A program made the position numbers and the translations under genes. Below, piece after piece: positions 53,439 through 63,955 of a DNA stretch of 64,000 nucleotides; the first letter of the stretch is position 1, and every line of letters starts with the position of its first letter. The notes under the pieces are model-generated. The model saw only the letters and a list, made by a program, of their open reading frames with translations, searched no databases and had not been told where the DNA came from. The stretch is taken from the NCBI GenBank assembly GCA_020026175.1, contig JAHHQV010000004.1, positions 4,527 to 68,526 on the forward strand, written 5' to 3'. The stretch comes from Phocaeicola sp. Its GTDB lineage: Bacteria > Bacteroidota > Bacteroidia > Bacteroidales > Bacteroidaceae.

Positions 53439-54596
53439 ATGAAGAAACAGATAGCAATTTTGGGCTCTACGGGTTCTATTGGAACTCAGGCCCTGCAAGT
53501 AGTGGATGAGCATCCTGATTTATACGAAGTTTATGCCATTACTGCAAATAATAGTGTAGAACTGCTTGTAGAACAGGCCAGGAAATTCAATCCGGAGGTG
53601 GTAGTTATTGCAAATGAAGACAAGTATCAGTTTCTGAAGGATGCTTTGTCTGACTTGCCTATTAAGGTGTATGCCGGTGCAGATGCCATTTGTGATGTAG
53701 TCGAATCTTCACCTATAGATATTGTTCTTACCGCAATGGTGGGATATGCCGGACTTCGCCCTACAATCAATGCTATTCAGGCAGGGAAGACTATAGCTTT
53801 AGCAAATAAGGAGACTCTTGTAGTGGCTGGTGAACTTATTACAGAACTAGCCGGACAATATCGTACACCTATACTGCCTGTCGACTCCGAACATTCGGCT
53901 ATATTCCAGTGCCTTGAAATGAATAATCCTATAAGCAAGGTTATACTTACGGCTTCGGGAGGACCTTTTAGAGGCTTTTCTTTGGAGCAATTTAAAGCTG
54001 TTACAAAAGAACAGGCACTGAAACATCCTAACTGGAGTATGGGGGCCAAGATTACTATAGACTCGGCTTCGATGATGAACAAAGGCTTTGAGGTGATAGA
54101 GGCTAAATGGCTCTTTGGAGTGAAACCTGAGGATATTGAAGTGGTGGTACACCCTCAGTCGGTGATACATTCTATGGTGGAATTTGTAGATGGAGCGGTG
54201 AAGGCTCAGCTTGGTGTTCCGGATATGAGACTCCCTATCCAGTTTGCATTCTCGTATCCTAAGAGGGTAAAACTATCGGGCGAAAGACTTGATTTCATGA
54301 AATGTAATACTCTTACTTTCGAAAAGCCAGACATGAAGTTATTCCGTAACCTTGCCTTTGCTTATGAAGCGATGAATCGTGGAGGCAATATGCCTTGCAT
54401 CCTCAATGCAGCCAATGAAGTGGTGGTAGCTGCTTTCCTTAAAAATAATATATCTTTCTTGGGAATGAGCGATGTGATAGAGAAAACGATGCAGAAAGTG
54501 GACTTTATAAAGAGTCCTAAATATCAAGACTATGTTGAGACAGATGCTGTAGCACGCCGTATTGCTGCTGAATATGTAATTAATGCCGGATTCTAG
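53439..54596 (+). CDS. dxr: 1-deoxy-D-xylulose-5-phosphate reductoisomerase
   Basis: LGSTGSIG, LANKE, PVDSEH, HPNWSMG, NAANE. Confidence 0.98.
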   Translation: MKKQIAILGSTGSIGTQALQVVDEHPDLYEVYAITANNSVELLVEQARKFNPEVVVIANEDKYQFLKDALSDLPIKVYAGADAICDVVESSPIDIVLTAMVGYAGLRPTINAIQAGKTIALANKETLVVAGELITELAGQYRTPILPVDSEHSAIFQCLEMNNPISKVILTASGGPFRGFSLEQFKAVTKEQALKHPNWSMGAKITIDSASMMNKGFEVIEAKWLFGVKPEDIEVVVHPQSVIHSMVEFVDGAVKAQLGVPDMRLPIQFAFSYPKRVKLSGERLDFMKCNTLTFEKPDMKLFRNLAFAYEAMNRGGNMPCILNAANEVVVAAFLKNNISFLGMSDVIEKTMQKVDFIKSPKYQDYVETDAVARRIAAEYVINAGF

Positions 54597-54664
54597 ATTG
54601 ATGCAGCCGGCTGATTGTTGGATAATTAATAATTAAAAATTTAAACTAAGATTTATAAAGACCG

Positions 54665-56005
54665 ATGGAAACATTTTTGATTCGTGCCCTTCAGTTGATA
54701 CTGAGCTTGTCGCTTCTGGTGATTGTTCACGAGGGAGGACATTTCTTCTTTGCCCGTCTTTTTAAGATAAAGGTGGAGAAATTCTATATATTTTTTGACC
54801 CGTGGTTCTCATTGTTTAAATACAAGCCTAAGAACAGTGATACCGAATATGGTGTTGGATGGTTGCCTTTGGGTGGATACTGTAAGATAGCGGGTATGAT
54901 AGACGAGTCTATGGATACCGAACAGATGAAACAGCCTGCACAATCGTGGGAGTTTCGCTCTAAACCAGCATGGCAGAGACTGTTTGTAATGATAGGTGGT
55001 GTTATGATGAACTTTATTCTTGCCTTGTTCATTTATTCCATGATACTTTTTACATGGGGAGACAATTATATAGCTTTGAAAGATATGAGCTATGGACTGA
55101 AGTTTAATGAAACTGCGCAGAATATAGGTTTCCGTGACGGAGATATTCTTTTGAGCGCAGATGGTGTAGAACTGGAACGCTTCGGAATGGATATGATTCG
55201 AAGTGTGGTAGAGGCTGATTCTGTCAAAGTACTTAGAAAAGGCAAGGAAGTGAGCATATTGATGCCTGAACTTAGTCTTATTGAAGTGGCAAAGGAAGAT
55301 CCTATGTTTATGGATTTGTTTTATCCTAATGTAGTTGATTCTGTATTTCCTGGAGGAAGTTTCGATAAGGCAGGTATAAAGAAGGGTGACAAACTTGTTG
55401 GTTTCAACGGAAAACCGATTGATTCGTGGAATGTTTTTGTGGAATATCTGTCCGACTTGAAACTTAGAGCCGAGGTGGAGGAAAAATCAAGTTTCGAGTT
55501 TTCTTTGGCATATTCGCGTGCTGGTGTTATGGATACTGTAATGGTACATACAGGTGAAAAATTCACTATTGCAGCTTTATGTAGCTTGTCGGACTACAAG
55601 TATACAACAAAAACTTATGGGTTGATGGAGTCGTTTCCTGCCGGTGCTGCCTTAGGTATAAATACAATGAAAGGGTACGTTAACGACCTGAAGTATGTTT
55701 TTACCAAAGAGGGGGCTTCAAGTGTAGGAGGATTTGCTACAATAGGAAGTATATTCCCTTCTACATGGGATTGGCATAGATTCTGGTCTATGACAGCTTT
55801 TCTTTCTATTATACTTGCAGTGATGAATATACTTCCTATTCCTGCATTGGACGGAGGTCATGTATTGTTCCTGATCTACGAGATCGTGGCAAGACGCAAG
55901 CCTAGCGAAAGGTTCCTTGAATATGCACAGATTGTAGGCATGTTCCTTCTTTTTGGTTTGCTTATTTGGGCAAATTTTAATGATATGTTGAAATATTTAT
56001 TCTGA
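54665..56005 (+). CDS. rseP: RIP metalloprotease RseP
   Basis: HEGGH, PLGGY, PDZ domains, NILPIPALDGG. Confidence 0.95.
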   Translation: METFLIRALQLILSLSLLVIVHEGGHFFFARLFKIKVEKFYIFFDPWFSLFKYKPKNSDTEYGVGWLPLGGYCKIAGMIDESMDTEQMKQPAQSWEFRSKPAWQRLFVMIGGVMMNFILALFIYSMILFTWGDNYIALKDMSYGLKFNETAQNIGFRDGDILLSADGVELERFGMDMIRSVVEADSVKVLRKGKEVSILMPELSLIEVAKEDPMFMDLFYPNVVDSVFPGGSFDKAGIKKGDKLVGFNGKPIDSWNVFVEYLSDLKLRAEVEEKSSFEFSLAYSRAGVMDTVMVHTGEKFTIAALCSLSDYKYTTKTYGLMESFPAGAALGINTMKGYVNDLKYVFTKEGASSVGGFATIGSIFPSTWDWHRFWSMTAFLSIILAVMNILPIPALDGGHVLFLIYEIVARRKPSERFLEYAQIVGMFLLFGLLIWANFNDMLKYLF

Positions 56006-56046
56006 TAGATAAAAAACTGTTTTCTGACAGATAGGATAGATGTGAT

Positions 56047-56093
56047 AAGTTGGCAAGGTTTTTATATAAATGAGAAATCTTGTCAACTTCTTT
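56047..56093 (+). terminator. Intrinsic terminator
   Basis: AAGTTGGCAAGGTTT / AAATCTTGTCAACTT (with G:U pairs) + CTTT. Confidence 0.6.
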
Positions 56094-56382
56094 ACTGATA
56101 AAACTCCTTTATTTTAATACATGAATGTAGCAAATAAGCCTGTGTAGAACACTTAGGCTGTGGAATATTGCAGGTATGCAGTGCTTGCTGCCATTAAGGC
56201 TTCATTATGTCTCTAGTTTAAATCAAGATGATTTCACATCACTGGTGATATTTTCTTTGGGTATAACCTTCCAAAGTGGAGAATTGTGGTGTGTATTTCA
56301 CAAGGGCTGTGTATATTCTTTGCTGTATTAAAAATCAAGAATCGTATTTATTCATAAACCTTAATTCGATATAATATTAAAA

Positions 56383-58809
56383 ATGAGAAAGTATTTATTA
56401 TCAATCGTGATGCTTGGAAGCATGGTTTGTTCATCTTCTTTGGCATATTCACAAGAAAGAAAACCGGAGTATATTCAGGCAGAGAAGTTCACTAATGAAA
56501 AGCTCGGAAAGATGTTGTTTTCTACTATGGTAGATCCGCATTGGTTTCATAAAGGAAGTAATTTCTGGTTTGAGTATAAAACTTCTGAAGGGAAATTCTG
56601 GTATGTGGTCAATGTAGGGCAAAAGAAGAAAACCTTGCTTTTTGATCGTGACAAATTAGCCTCTCAGCTTACAGAAATAGTACACGACCCTTTTGAAGCC
56701 CGTCATCTGCCTATCTCAAATCTGAAGCTGAAGGAAGATGACCGTACTTTCACCTTCGAAGTAGTCTCCTCTCAATATGAAGAAGATAAAAAGGATAAAA
56801 AAAAGAAGGGAAAAAAGGTTTTTTATTTTTCTTACGATTATGCAACACAAAAACTTACACACTTGTCGGATGCTAAGAAAGAACCTAAGAAGTTAGGATG
56901 GGCTTCTGTATCGCCCGATGGTCAGAGTGTAGTTTATGCTAAAGACTGCAATCTGTATAAAATGAGTATAGCCGATTATCGTAAGGCACAGAAAAATGAA
57001 AAAGACAGCACTATTGTAGAAGTACAGCTTACAAAGGACGGGATGCCGGAGTTTGGATACGGAATACCATATAGCATCCTTAACACTGATACTCTGTGCA
57101 ACGGAAAACGTCGCCGTGCATGGGGGTGTTGGTCGCCTGACTCGAAACATTTTGTTACAATAGTTTCGGACGACAGGAAAGTGAAACCTTTGTGGGTGAT
57201 AAACTCTATAGCCGAACCACGCCCTACTCTTGAAACATACAAATATCAGATGCCTGGCGAAATGGATGCCCCCGAAGACCATTTGTATATCTTCGATATG
57301 ACCAATAATACAAGAAAGGAGATAAAAGTTGATGCCTGGAAAAACCAGTCTTTAGGACTTGAATACAAGCCATATGAAGAAAGCCAGAGAGACGATGAAT
57401 TTATCCCTGCTGTATGGCAAGGCGACAACAATCGTTTCTATCTTACACGTAGCAGTCGTGACTTGCATCGTATAGATGTTTGTACATACACTGTAGGTCA
57501 GGACTCAATAGTTCCTATAGTGAAGGAAAGAATGAATACATATCAGGAGACACGTCCTATCTATGTACTTGGGGGAGGAAAAGAGTTTATACAGTGGAGC
57601 GAACGTGACGGATGGGCGCACCTATATATGTATGATGATAAAGGAAACCTCAAAAATCGTATAACAGAAGGACCATGGCACGTGGAAGAAGTTGTGAAGG
57701 TAGATGAGGCTGCCAGAACTGTATATTTCACAGCAAACGGTCGTGAGAAAGGTGAGAACCCGTATTACGAACATCTCTATAAAACAGGAGTGAATGGAGG
57801 TAGTATTAAACCTATTACAGATGGAAATTTCTTTCATAAAGTATCTATGTCGGACGATGCTAGATTTGTGGTGGACAACTATTCGAGGGTTGATACAGAG
57901 CCATGTGCAGTATTGAAAGACAATAACGGCAATAAACTGATGACAATACAGGAAAGCGATTTCTCACAACTGAAGGCAGCAGGCTACAGATTTCCTGAAC
58001 TCTTTACTGTAAAGGCAGCAGATGGAGTTACAGATTTGTATGGAGTGATGTACAAACCATATAACTTTGATTCTACCAAAGTATATCCTATTATAGATTA
58101 TGTATATCCGGGTCCTCAGGTGGAAGCAGTGTATTATCCTTTCACGCGTATGAGTGTACGTACCGACAGATTGGCACAGGCTGGATTTATTGTAATATCT
58201 GTAGGACAGAGAGGAGGACACCCTAGCCGTTCTAAGTGGTATCATAATTATGGATATGGCAATATGCGTGACTATCCATTGGCCGACCACAAGGCTGCTG
58301 TAGAGCAGTTGGCTGCGCGCCACAAATTCATAGACATCACAAAAGTGGGAATACACGGACACTCTGGTGGCGGATTTATGTCTACAGCAGCTATCTGCCA
58401 GTATCCTGATTTCTACAAGGCAGCAGTTTCTTGTGCAGGAAATCATGACAATCGTATCTATAATCGCTGGTGGAGCGAAACCCATCATGGGGTAAAAGAA
58501 ACTGTAACTGAAAAAGGAGATACAACTTTTGTTTACAAGATTGCTACAAATCCTGAAATTGTGAAGCAGTTGAAAGGCCATCTGATGTTGGTACACGGAG
58601 ACATAGACAATAATGTACATCCTGCTAATACTATCCGTGTGGTCAATGCTTTGATACGTGCCGGAAAACGTTTCGATATGCTTTTCCTTCCTGGACAGAG
58701 ACATGCATTCGGCGATATGGACGAGTATTTCTACTGGCGTATGGTTGATTATTTCTCAGAGCATCTGAAAGGTCAGAAAGAAACTTCTGTAGATATTCCA
58801 AAGAGATAG
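56383..58809 (+). CDS. S9B dipeptidyl-peptidase IV-like serine peptidase
   Basis: Signal peptide, DPPIV_N propeller, GHSGGG nucleophile, HGDIDNNVH, RH. Confidence 0.92.
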   Translation: MRKYLLSIVMLGSMVCSSSLAYSQERKPEYIQAEKFTNEKLGKMLFSTMVDPHWFHKGSNFWFEYKTSEGKFWYVVNVGQKKKTLLFDRDKLASQLTEIVHDPFEARHLPISNLKLKEDDRTFTFEVVSSQYEEDKKDKKKKGKKVFYFSYDYATQKLTHLSDAKKEPKKLGWASVSPDGQSVVYAKDCNLYKMSIADYRKAQKNEKDSTIVEVQLTKDGMPEFGYGIPYSILNTDTLCNGKRRRAWGCWSPDSKHFVTIVSDDRKVKPLWVINSIAEPRPTLETYKYQMPGEMDAPEDHLYIFDMTNNTRKEIKVDAWKNQSLGLEYKPYEESQRDDEFIPAVWQGDNNRFYLTRSSRDLHRIDVCTYTVGQDSIVPIVKERMNTYQETRPIYVLGGGKEFIQWSERDGWAHLYMYDDKGNLKNRITEGPWHVEEVVKVDEAARTVYFTANGREKGENPYYEHLYKTGVNGGSIKPITDGNFFHKVSMSDDARFVVDNYSRVDTEPCAVLKDNNGNKLMTIQESDFSQLKAAGYRFPELFTVKAADGVTDLYGVMYKPYNFDSTKVYPIIDYVYPGPQVEAVYYPFTRMSVRTDRLAQAGFIVISVGQRGGHPSRSKWYHNYGYGNMRDYPLADHKAAVEQLAARHKFIDITKVGIHGHSGGGFMSTAAICQYPDFYKAAVSCAGNHDNRIYNRWWSETHHGVKETVTEKGDTTFVYKIATNPEIVKQLKGHLMLVHGDIDNNVHPANTIRVVNALIRAGKRFDMLFLPGQRHAFGDMDEYFYWRMVDYFSEHLKGQKETSVDIPKR

Positions 58810-58854
58810 ATTAGTTCTTTGGCTATAGCATAGAGGTCCTTGATACTCAAATAT

Positions 58855-58888
58855 TTCCTCCTGTTGCGGAACTCCGAAACAGGAGGAA
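58855..58888. terminator. Terminator between convergent genes
   Basis: TTCCTCCTGTT.CGGA / TCCG.AACAGGAGGAA. Confidence 0.7.
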
Positions 58889-58933
58889 CATTCTTTATAT
58901 GCCCATAACTTATACCATCTGTTGCCGTTTTTT

Positions 58934-60337
58934 CTACTTCAATATGAATTTCATTGTTTTTACTGGGCGTAGATAATATTTCGTTTTTTTACCAGCTTTT
59001 ATAATTCTTAGTTTTCCATAAAGATTGAATGTCTTGCTGGCATCGGCGCACAGATACCTTTCATTGTTCTCATGATAAAAGATATCAAAATTGTTATTGT
59101 ATAAGATTGTATTTATCTCGGAAAATCCATCTTTGAAATCTTGGAAAAACTCTCGTGCTTCTTCTTCGGTGAACATTCTCCAATCTGTTATTCCATCAAT
59201 GGAATATCCTTCCAGGGTAGGAATGGCATCTACGGCAAGAACATCCGGCCATTGATTGGTAGATATAACCGTGACAATGGCTTCTTTGGGTGATATTGTT
59301 TCTGATTTCCACACAAACATCGGTCCGAAAATATCAAAAGCCGAAGGCATTTCATCAACGAAAAATGTTTCCATATTATCACCATCACCACCATCCTCTC
59401 CGCCACCTTCGCTACTATCTCCACCGCTGCTGTCTTCTCCATCTTCGTTACCATCACCGCCCTCAGGATTTTCATCACTACTTCCGTCTCCATCTTCTTC
59501 TGTATTGCCTTCATTTAGCTCTAACGAAATTTCTTCTTCCATTTCCCAACCGTTGATACTGAAATCACCATCAAGTTCAAAATCTCCATCATTTTCACCA
59601 TCATTATAATGTCCTTTAAACTTGTATGGCTTTCCACATTTCATCTCTTTCTTTAATGAGTAGCTATAGATTTTAGTCTTGTCACCATAATCCATACAAA
59701 TATTTATTTTAGTATTCCCCGATTTGATAGGGAAAAAATATCTTACTCCAGAAGTCCATATATCATCTTTCCTGAAACATGCTATATCGGCTTCAGATTC
59801 GTAAATATGCAAACCGTCGTCTATCTCATACGAATGATACACAGGAGATATTGAAATCTTTATATCAGATACATTGTGTGGGATGTTTCCCAATTCAAAC
59901 TCTACAGAAGAAACTATGAAAACAGGAGTGAGATAAATGTCGGCAGATTTCGTTATCTTCATTTTGCTGTGAGCGGCCATTAAAGGACACGAAGAAGAGT
60001 TGCCGTTTTTCATGCTCACTATTGGTTTCTGTGCAAAAGTCTTTTCTTCATAGTATTCATCATCCTTTAGCCCGCAGAACATGTTTATAGAGTATTCACC
60101 TTCTGCCAGATTTATGGCAGGAGCACAATCCTTGTCGAAACGGATACTATTCGTTTCATTGTTTTTCAAGTCAATACAGAAAACCCCAATTGGATAGCTG
60201 AAATTATTGTCATTGTCAAAACTCCCGTCAGTAGGCATTATCCGTACAGGAATTTTTCCTTCGTTATTGTCTTCTACAATATATTTGCTACATGCAGAGA
60301 TAAAGAGTATTATTAGCAAGGAAATCTTATAAAACAT
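58934..60337 (-). CDS. Fimbrillin-like (Mfa/Fim-type) lipoprotein with acidic Gly-rich linker
   Basis: Lipobox ISAC; LAEGEY, FSINGW.EE end of the pilin-like domain; D/E/G linker; YYLRPVK tail. Confidence 0.5.
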   Translation of the reverse strand: MFYKISLLIILFISACSKYIVEDNNEGKIPVRIMPTDGSFDNDNNFSYPIGVFCIDLKNNETNSIRFDKDCAPAINLAEGEYSINMFCGLKDDEYYEEKTFAQKPIVSMKNGNSSSCPLMAAHSKMKITKSADIYLTPVFIVSSVEFELGNIPHNVSDIKISISPVYHSYEIDDGLHIYESEADIACFRKDDIWTSGVRYFFPIKSGNTKINICMDYGDKTKIYSYSLKKEMKCGKPYKFKGHYNDGENDGDFELDGDFSINGWEMEEEISLELNEGNTEEDGDGSSDENPEGGDGNEDGEDSSGGDSSEGGGEDGGDGDNMETFFVDEMPSAFDIFGPMFVWKSETISPKEAIVTVISTNQWPDVLAVDAIPTLEGYSIDGITDWRMFTEEEAREFFQDFKDGFSEINTILYNNNFDIFYHENNERYLCADASKTFNLYGKLRIIKAGKKTKYYLRPVKTMKFILK

Positions 60338-60534
60338 ATTTCTAATGATTTGATATAAATAATTAAACTATTCAAATGAAATTATGACCATTAGTCAGAG
60401 ATGAAAATTTCAATTTTTCTGAAATAAAGACTATGATACTTTATTATTTCTACTCACCTATATGTCAAATTAAGAAAATGATTATCTTTACAAAAGGAAA
60501 AAGATTTGTAGGTTACTCGAAAAAAATATAGCTT

Positions 60535-60972
60535 ATGAACGCATGTGTATTTTATAGACTGGAAAAATTTGATGACACTTATATAGATAGTATAAACACA
60601 CTTCTTTCACAACTAAGTTCTTCTGCAATAAGAATGACAGAAGAAAGACTGAAAGAAATAGTGGAGTCCGATTCAAGCGAATTGTATCTGATGAAGCATG
60701 ACGAGGAAGTGATAGGCATGTTTACGTTGGGGATGTATGTCAGTCCCACAGGAAGGAAATGTTGGCTTGAAGACGTGGTTATAGATAGCAGATTCAGAGG
60801 AAAGTCATTGGGCAAGTCTCTTATGATAAAAGTGTTCGGACTGCTTGAAAAGAAGGGAAATGTTACATTGATGCTCACATCCAAGCCTGCAAGATTGGCG
60901 GCAAACAAACTCTATCAGTCGTCTGGACTAAAAAAGAAAGAAACGAACGTTTATATAAAATCTTTTGATTGA
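60535..60972 (+). CDS. GNAT acetyltransferase
   Basis: LEDVVIDSRFRGKSLG, LTSKPAR.AANKLY. Confidence 0.9.
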   Translation: MNACVFYRLEKFDDTYIDSINTLLSQLSSSAIRMTEERLKEIVESDSSELYLMKHDEEVIGMFTLGMYVSPTGRKCWLEDVVIDSRFRGKSLGKSLMIKVFGLLEKKGNVTLMLTSKPARLAANKLYQSSGLKKKETNVYIKSFD

Positions 60973-60975
60973 TTT

Positions 60976-61659
60976 ATGACTAATTTGATATTGAGAGGCT
61001 GGAACTGGTGTAGGAGATTCAGAAAAAGGTGTGGTTATGGTGTTCATTCGCCTTCAGATTTCTTTCTTATAACTTTCGTTTTTTATGAAAAACTTCCTTT
61101 TTATGCTTACGAACGTCTAAGTAATATAAGGCGTTCATGCAATGACAAACCAGAACATAGAGAGAAAGTCGATAAAATGCTGTTCAGACTTGTTAATTAT
61201 CTTCAGCCCAAGTCGATGCTTGAGATTGGTACCGGAACAGGAATATCTACCATGTATATGGCCGAGGGTAACATGAAGATGAAGGTGGTGACATTTTCTG
61301 ATTTTCTTACAGACAAGATATGTAATGATACATGTGGATGTAGAAAAGATATTGAATACAGAAGAGGAGGAGTAGACGAGGCTTTGCGGTATATAAGCGA
61401 GTCGGAAATAAAGCCCGACCTTATTCATATAGCCAACACTGCAGATTATATTGATGCTTTCGAGTCAGTAGTGCCTTATGTATCATCGGACACATGTGCT
61501 GTCATTTCTCATCCTTACTCTGATGCAAAAAAGAAGGAGTGGTGGCAGAATGTGATAAAAGACAGTCGTATCTATGTCACATTCGATTTATATGATTTAG
61601 GTCTAGTGTTTTTCAACAATAAACGTGTAAAAGAACATAGGATTGTTAATTTCCTTTGA
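60976..61659 (+). CDS. Class I SAM-dependent methyltransferase-like protein
   Basis: GYGVHSP, LFRLVN, LEIGTGTGIST. Confidence 0.75.
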   Translation: MTNLILRGWNWCRRFRKRCGYGVHSPSDFFLITFVFYEKLPFYAYERLSNIRRSCNDKPEHREKVDKMLFRLVNYLQPKSMLEIGTGTGISTMYMAEGNMKMKVVTFSDFLTDKICNDTCGCRKDIEYRRGGVDEALRYISESEIKPDLIHIANTADYIDAFESVVPYVSSDTCAVISHPYSDAKKKEWWQNVIKDSRIYVTFDLYDLGLVFFNNKRVKEHRIVNFL

Positions 61660-61732
61660 CCATATGCAATATGAAAATTTAGAATTAAGACTTAATTTGT
61701 AAAATCTTTGTTGATAAAAAATATAGAGTATT

Positions 61733-62302
61733 ATGAAAAAGAGTATGGTATATACCAAAACAGGAGATGCCGGAACGACCTCTCTTGTAGGTGGAGTGAG
61801 AGTTTCGAAGACCCATCTTCGTCTGGAAGCCTATGGCACAATAGATGAACTAAATTCAAATATCGGAGTATTGGTTTCGGTAGTTGATTATGCAGAATAT
61901 GAAGAATATCTTCGTTTCGTACAGCATAAGCTGTTTTCATTAGGTTCATATCTTGCCACAGATACAAGCAAGACAGAACCGAAACTGGAATCATACATAG
62001 GTGCAGAAGAAGTTACCCGTATGGAAAAGGTCATTGATGAAATGGATGAAACTCTGCCGCCGTTAAAAGGTTTTGTTCTTCCTGGTGGCAGTCATGCTGC
62101 GTCTGTGTGTCATGTGTGTCGCACCGTGTGCCGGAGGGCCGAAAGAAGGATGTTGGCTCTCGAGTCGGAAGGAATTATGGCATTGGATGATAACTGTAAG
62201 AAGTTTATCAACAGATTGTCAGATTTCCTGTTTGTTTTGTCCCGAAAATTGAACTATTTGTCAGATTATGATGAAATTTATTGGGATAAGACTTGTAAAT
62301 GA
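61733..62302 (+). CDS. PduO-type cob(I)alamin adenosyltransferase
   Basis: YTKTGDAG, YGTIDELNS, RTVCRRAER, NRLSD. Confidence 0.95.
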   Translation: MKKSMVYTKTGDAGTTSLVGGVRVSKTHLRLEAYGTIDELNSNIGVLVSVVDYAEYEEYLRFVQHKLFSLGSYLATDTSKTEPKLESYIGAEEVTRMEKVIDEMDETLPPLKGFVLPGGSHAASVCHVCRTVCRRAERRMLALESEGIMALDDNCKKFINRLSDFLFVLSRKLNYLSDYDEIYWDKTCK

Positions 62303-62364
62303 TTTTTTTTGTTTTATTTTTGCGCTTCAATTATAAAAAAGTAGAACTTTTAAAATATTATATT

Positions 62365-62586
62365 ATGTATTGGACATTGGAATTGGCCTCAAAATTGGAA
62401 GATGCACCATGGCCTGCAACTAAAGAAGAATTGATAGATTACGCTATGCGTTCTGGCGCTCCTATGGAAGTTATTGAAAATCTTCAGGAAATGGAAGATG
62501 AAGGTGAAATATACGAAAGCATTGAAGATATTTGGCCTGACTATCCAAGCAAGGAAGACTTTTTCTTCAACGAGGAAGAATATTAA
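62365..62586 (+). CDS. DUF2795 domain protein
   Basis: MYWTLELASKLEDAPWPATK, a highly conserved Bacteroidetes small protein. Confidence 0.9.
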   Translation: MYWTLELASKLEDAPWPATKEELIDYAMRSGAPMEVIENLQEMEDEGEIYESIEDIWPDYPSKEDFFFNEEEY

Positions 62587-62608
62587 TAGCCTATAGATGG
62601 GTTAAGAA

Positions 62609-62661
62609 AACAATACCGGAGCGGCAGACAATCCTTTTTTGTCTGCCGCTCTGGTATTGTT
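62609..62661. terminator. Bidirectional terminator
   Basis: AACAATACCGGAGCGGCAGACAA / TTGTCTGCCGCTCTGGTATTGTT. Confidence 0.85.
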
Positions 62662-63043
62662 ATGACCGATGTATTTTATATTTTACACCCGAAGTTGCTA
62701 AATAGTACAATATGTCACTAAATAAAGAAGTGGCTTTAGAAGGAAGAAACGATTGACAAAAAGGTTGAATACAATATCTCTTTGCGATATAGTCAGGAAG
62801 TTTAATTAAAGAAGTATTCTCTTTTTTTGCTAAAGTATATGCTTCATGTTTATCAATCACAATATTCTTTATAAATGATTCTGATTGATAGTCATAATTC
62901 GTAATTTCAAAATCAAACACCAGATTTCCGTTGTAGTCAAAACCTGTGATTATAGTTGCAACTCGTGACAAATCAGGGTCTGTTTCAATTAACAATTCTT
63001 CTAATGCAAGCATAATAGATAAGTTTTTTTTGTCTGTGAACAT
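62660..63043 (-). CDS. Hypothetical protein
   Basis: 127-aa ORF converging on the terminator; no recognised motif. Confidence 0.5.
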   Translation of the reverse strand: MFTDKKNLSIMLALEELLIETDPDLSRVATIITGFDYNGNLVFDFEITNYDYQSESFIKNIVIDKHEAYTLAKKENTSLIKLPDYIAKRYCIQPFCQSFLPSKATSLFSDILYYLATSGVKYKIHRS

Positions 63044-63242
63044 ACACTGTTATAACTTAGTGTCCAGCAAAATAAAGATAAAAAACAGATGCTTTTTTTA
63101 TATACAGGCTGATAAGATACTTGAACGATAATTTTCTTCAGAGTATGTAGCTTATGTCAAAAAGAAACTTATATTTGCAGATATATTAAATGACTACATG
63201 TCGAGATTGTGTGTTTGACATAAATGAGATATCATCTGCACT

Positions 63243-63326
63243 AAAGCATCTACTGCGTTTTTTTAAAACGTCTAATCGCTTTGATTAAAACGATTGGTCG
63301 TTTTGAATCAAACGCCTTGTCGTTTT
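63243..63326. repeat. Four palindromic units (first degenerate), 22-bp period
   Basis: Units at 63243, 63265, 63287 and 63309: AAAACGTCTAATCGCTTT, AAAACGATTGGTCGTTTT, CAAACGCCTTGTCGTTTT. Confidence 0.85.
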
Positions 63327-63427
63327 AAAATGGGTGGTTTGCTTATATGATAAATGATAAAAGGAATAAACGATGAAGCAATATGAAGCAGTTCGCAAAT
63401 TTACAGACAAAATGAATACATATTTTC

Positions 63428-63955
63428 ATGGACAAGCTAAGTAAAGAACAAAGGCATCATTGTATGGCAGCAATAAAGGGAAAAGATACAAAGCCCGAAT
63501 TGCTGGTACGTAAGTTCTTGTTTAGCCGTGGATTTAGATACAGATTGAACCATCCGCGGCTGCCGGGGCATCCGGATATTGTTTTGCGCAAATACAGAAC
63601 GGTTATTTTCGTGAACGGATGTTTTTGGCACGGACATCAAGGATGTAAGTATTTTGTTCTTCCAAAGACTAATGTGGAGTTTTGGAGTGCTAAAATAGAA
63701 AGGAATCAAAAACGGGATATAGAAGAACAGCAAGAACTGGCAGCTATGGGATGGCATTGCATTACCGTTTGGGAATGTCAGTTGAAGCCGAAAGTAAGAC
63801 AGAGGACTTTAGAGTCATTGGTGTATACACTATCCCGTATCTTTGTGGAAGATAGAAGGGTGAAGTCTTATGAAGATTATGAAGATGATTTAAGGATAGT
63901 GGCAGAAGAAGTTGTAGGATATGGTACAGTTGATTATGAAACTAAAATAAACTGA
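63428..63955 (+). CDS. vsr: Very short patch repair endonuclease
   Basis: MAAIKGKDTKPE, LPGHPDIV, FVNGCFWHGH, FWSAKI.RN..RD, VWEC. Confidence 0.92.
   Translation: MDKLSKEQRHHCMAAIKGKDTKPELLVRKFLFSRGFRYRLNHPRLPGHPDIVLRKYRTVIFVNGCFWHGHQGCKYFVLPKTNVEFWSAKIERNQKRDIEEQQELAAMGWHCITVWECQLKPKVRQRTLESLVYTLSRIFVEDRRVKSYEDYEDDLRIVAEEVVGYGTVDYETKIN

Noticed and set aside
63428..63955. Restriction-modification island
   Set aside because: No methyltransferase or restriction gene inside the window; the sequence ends 45 bp later, so it cannot be assessed.
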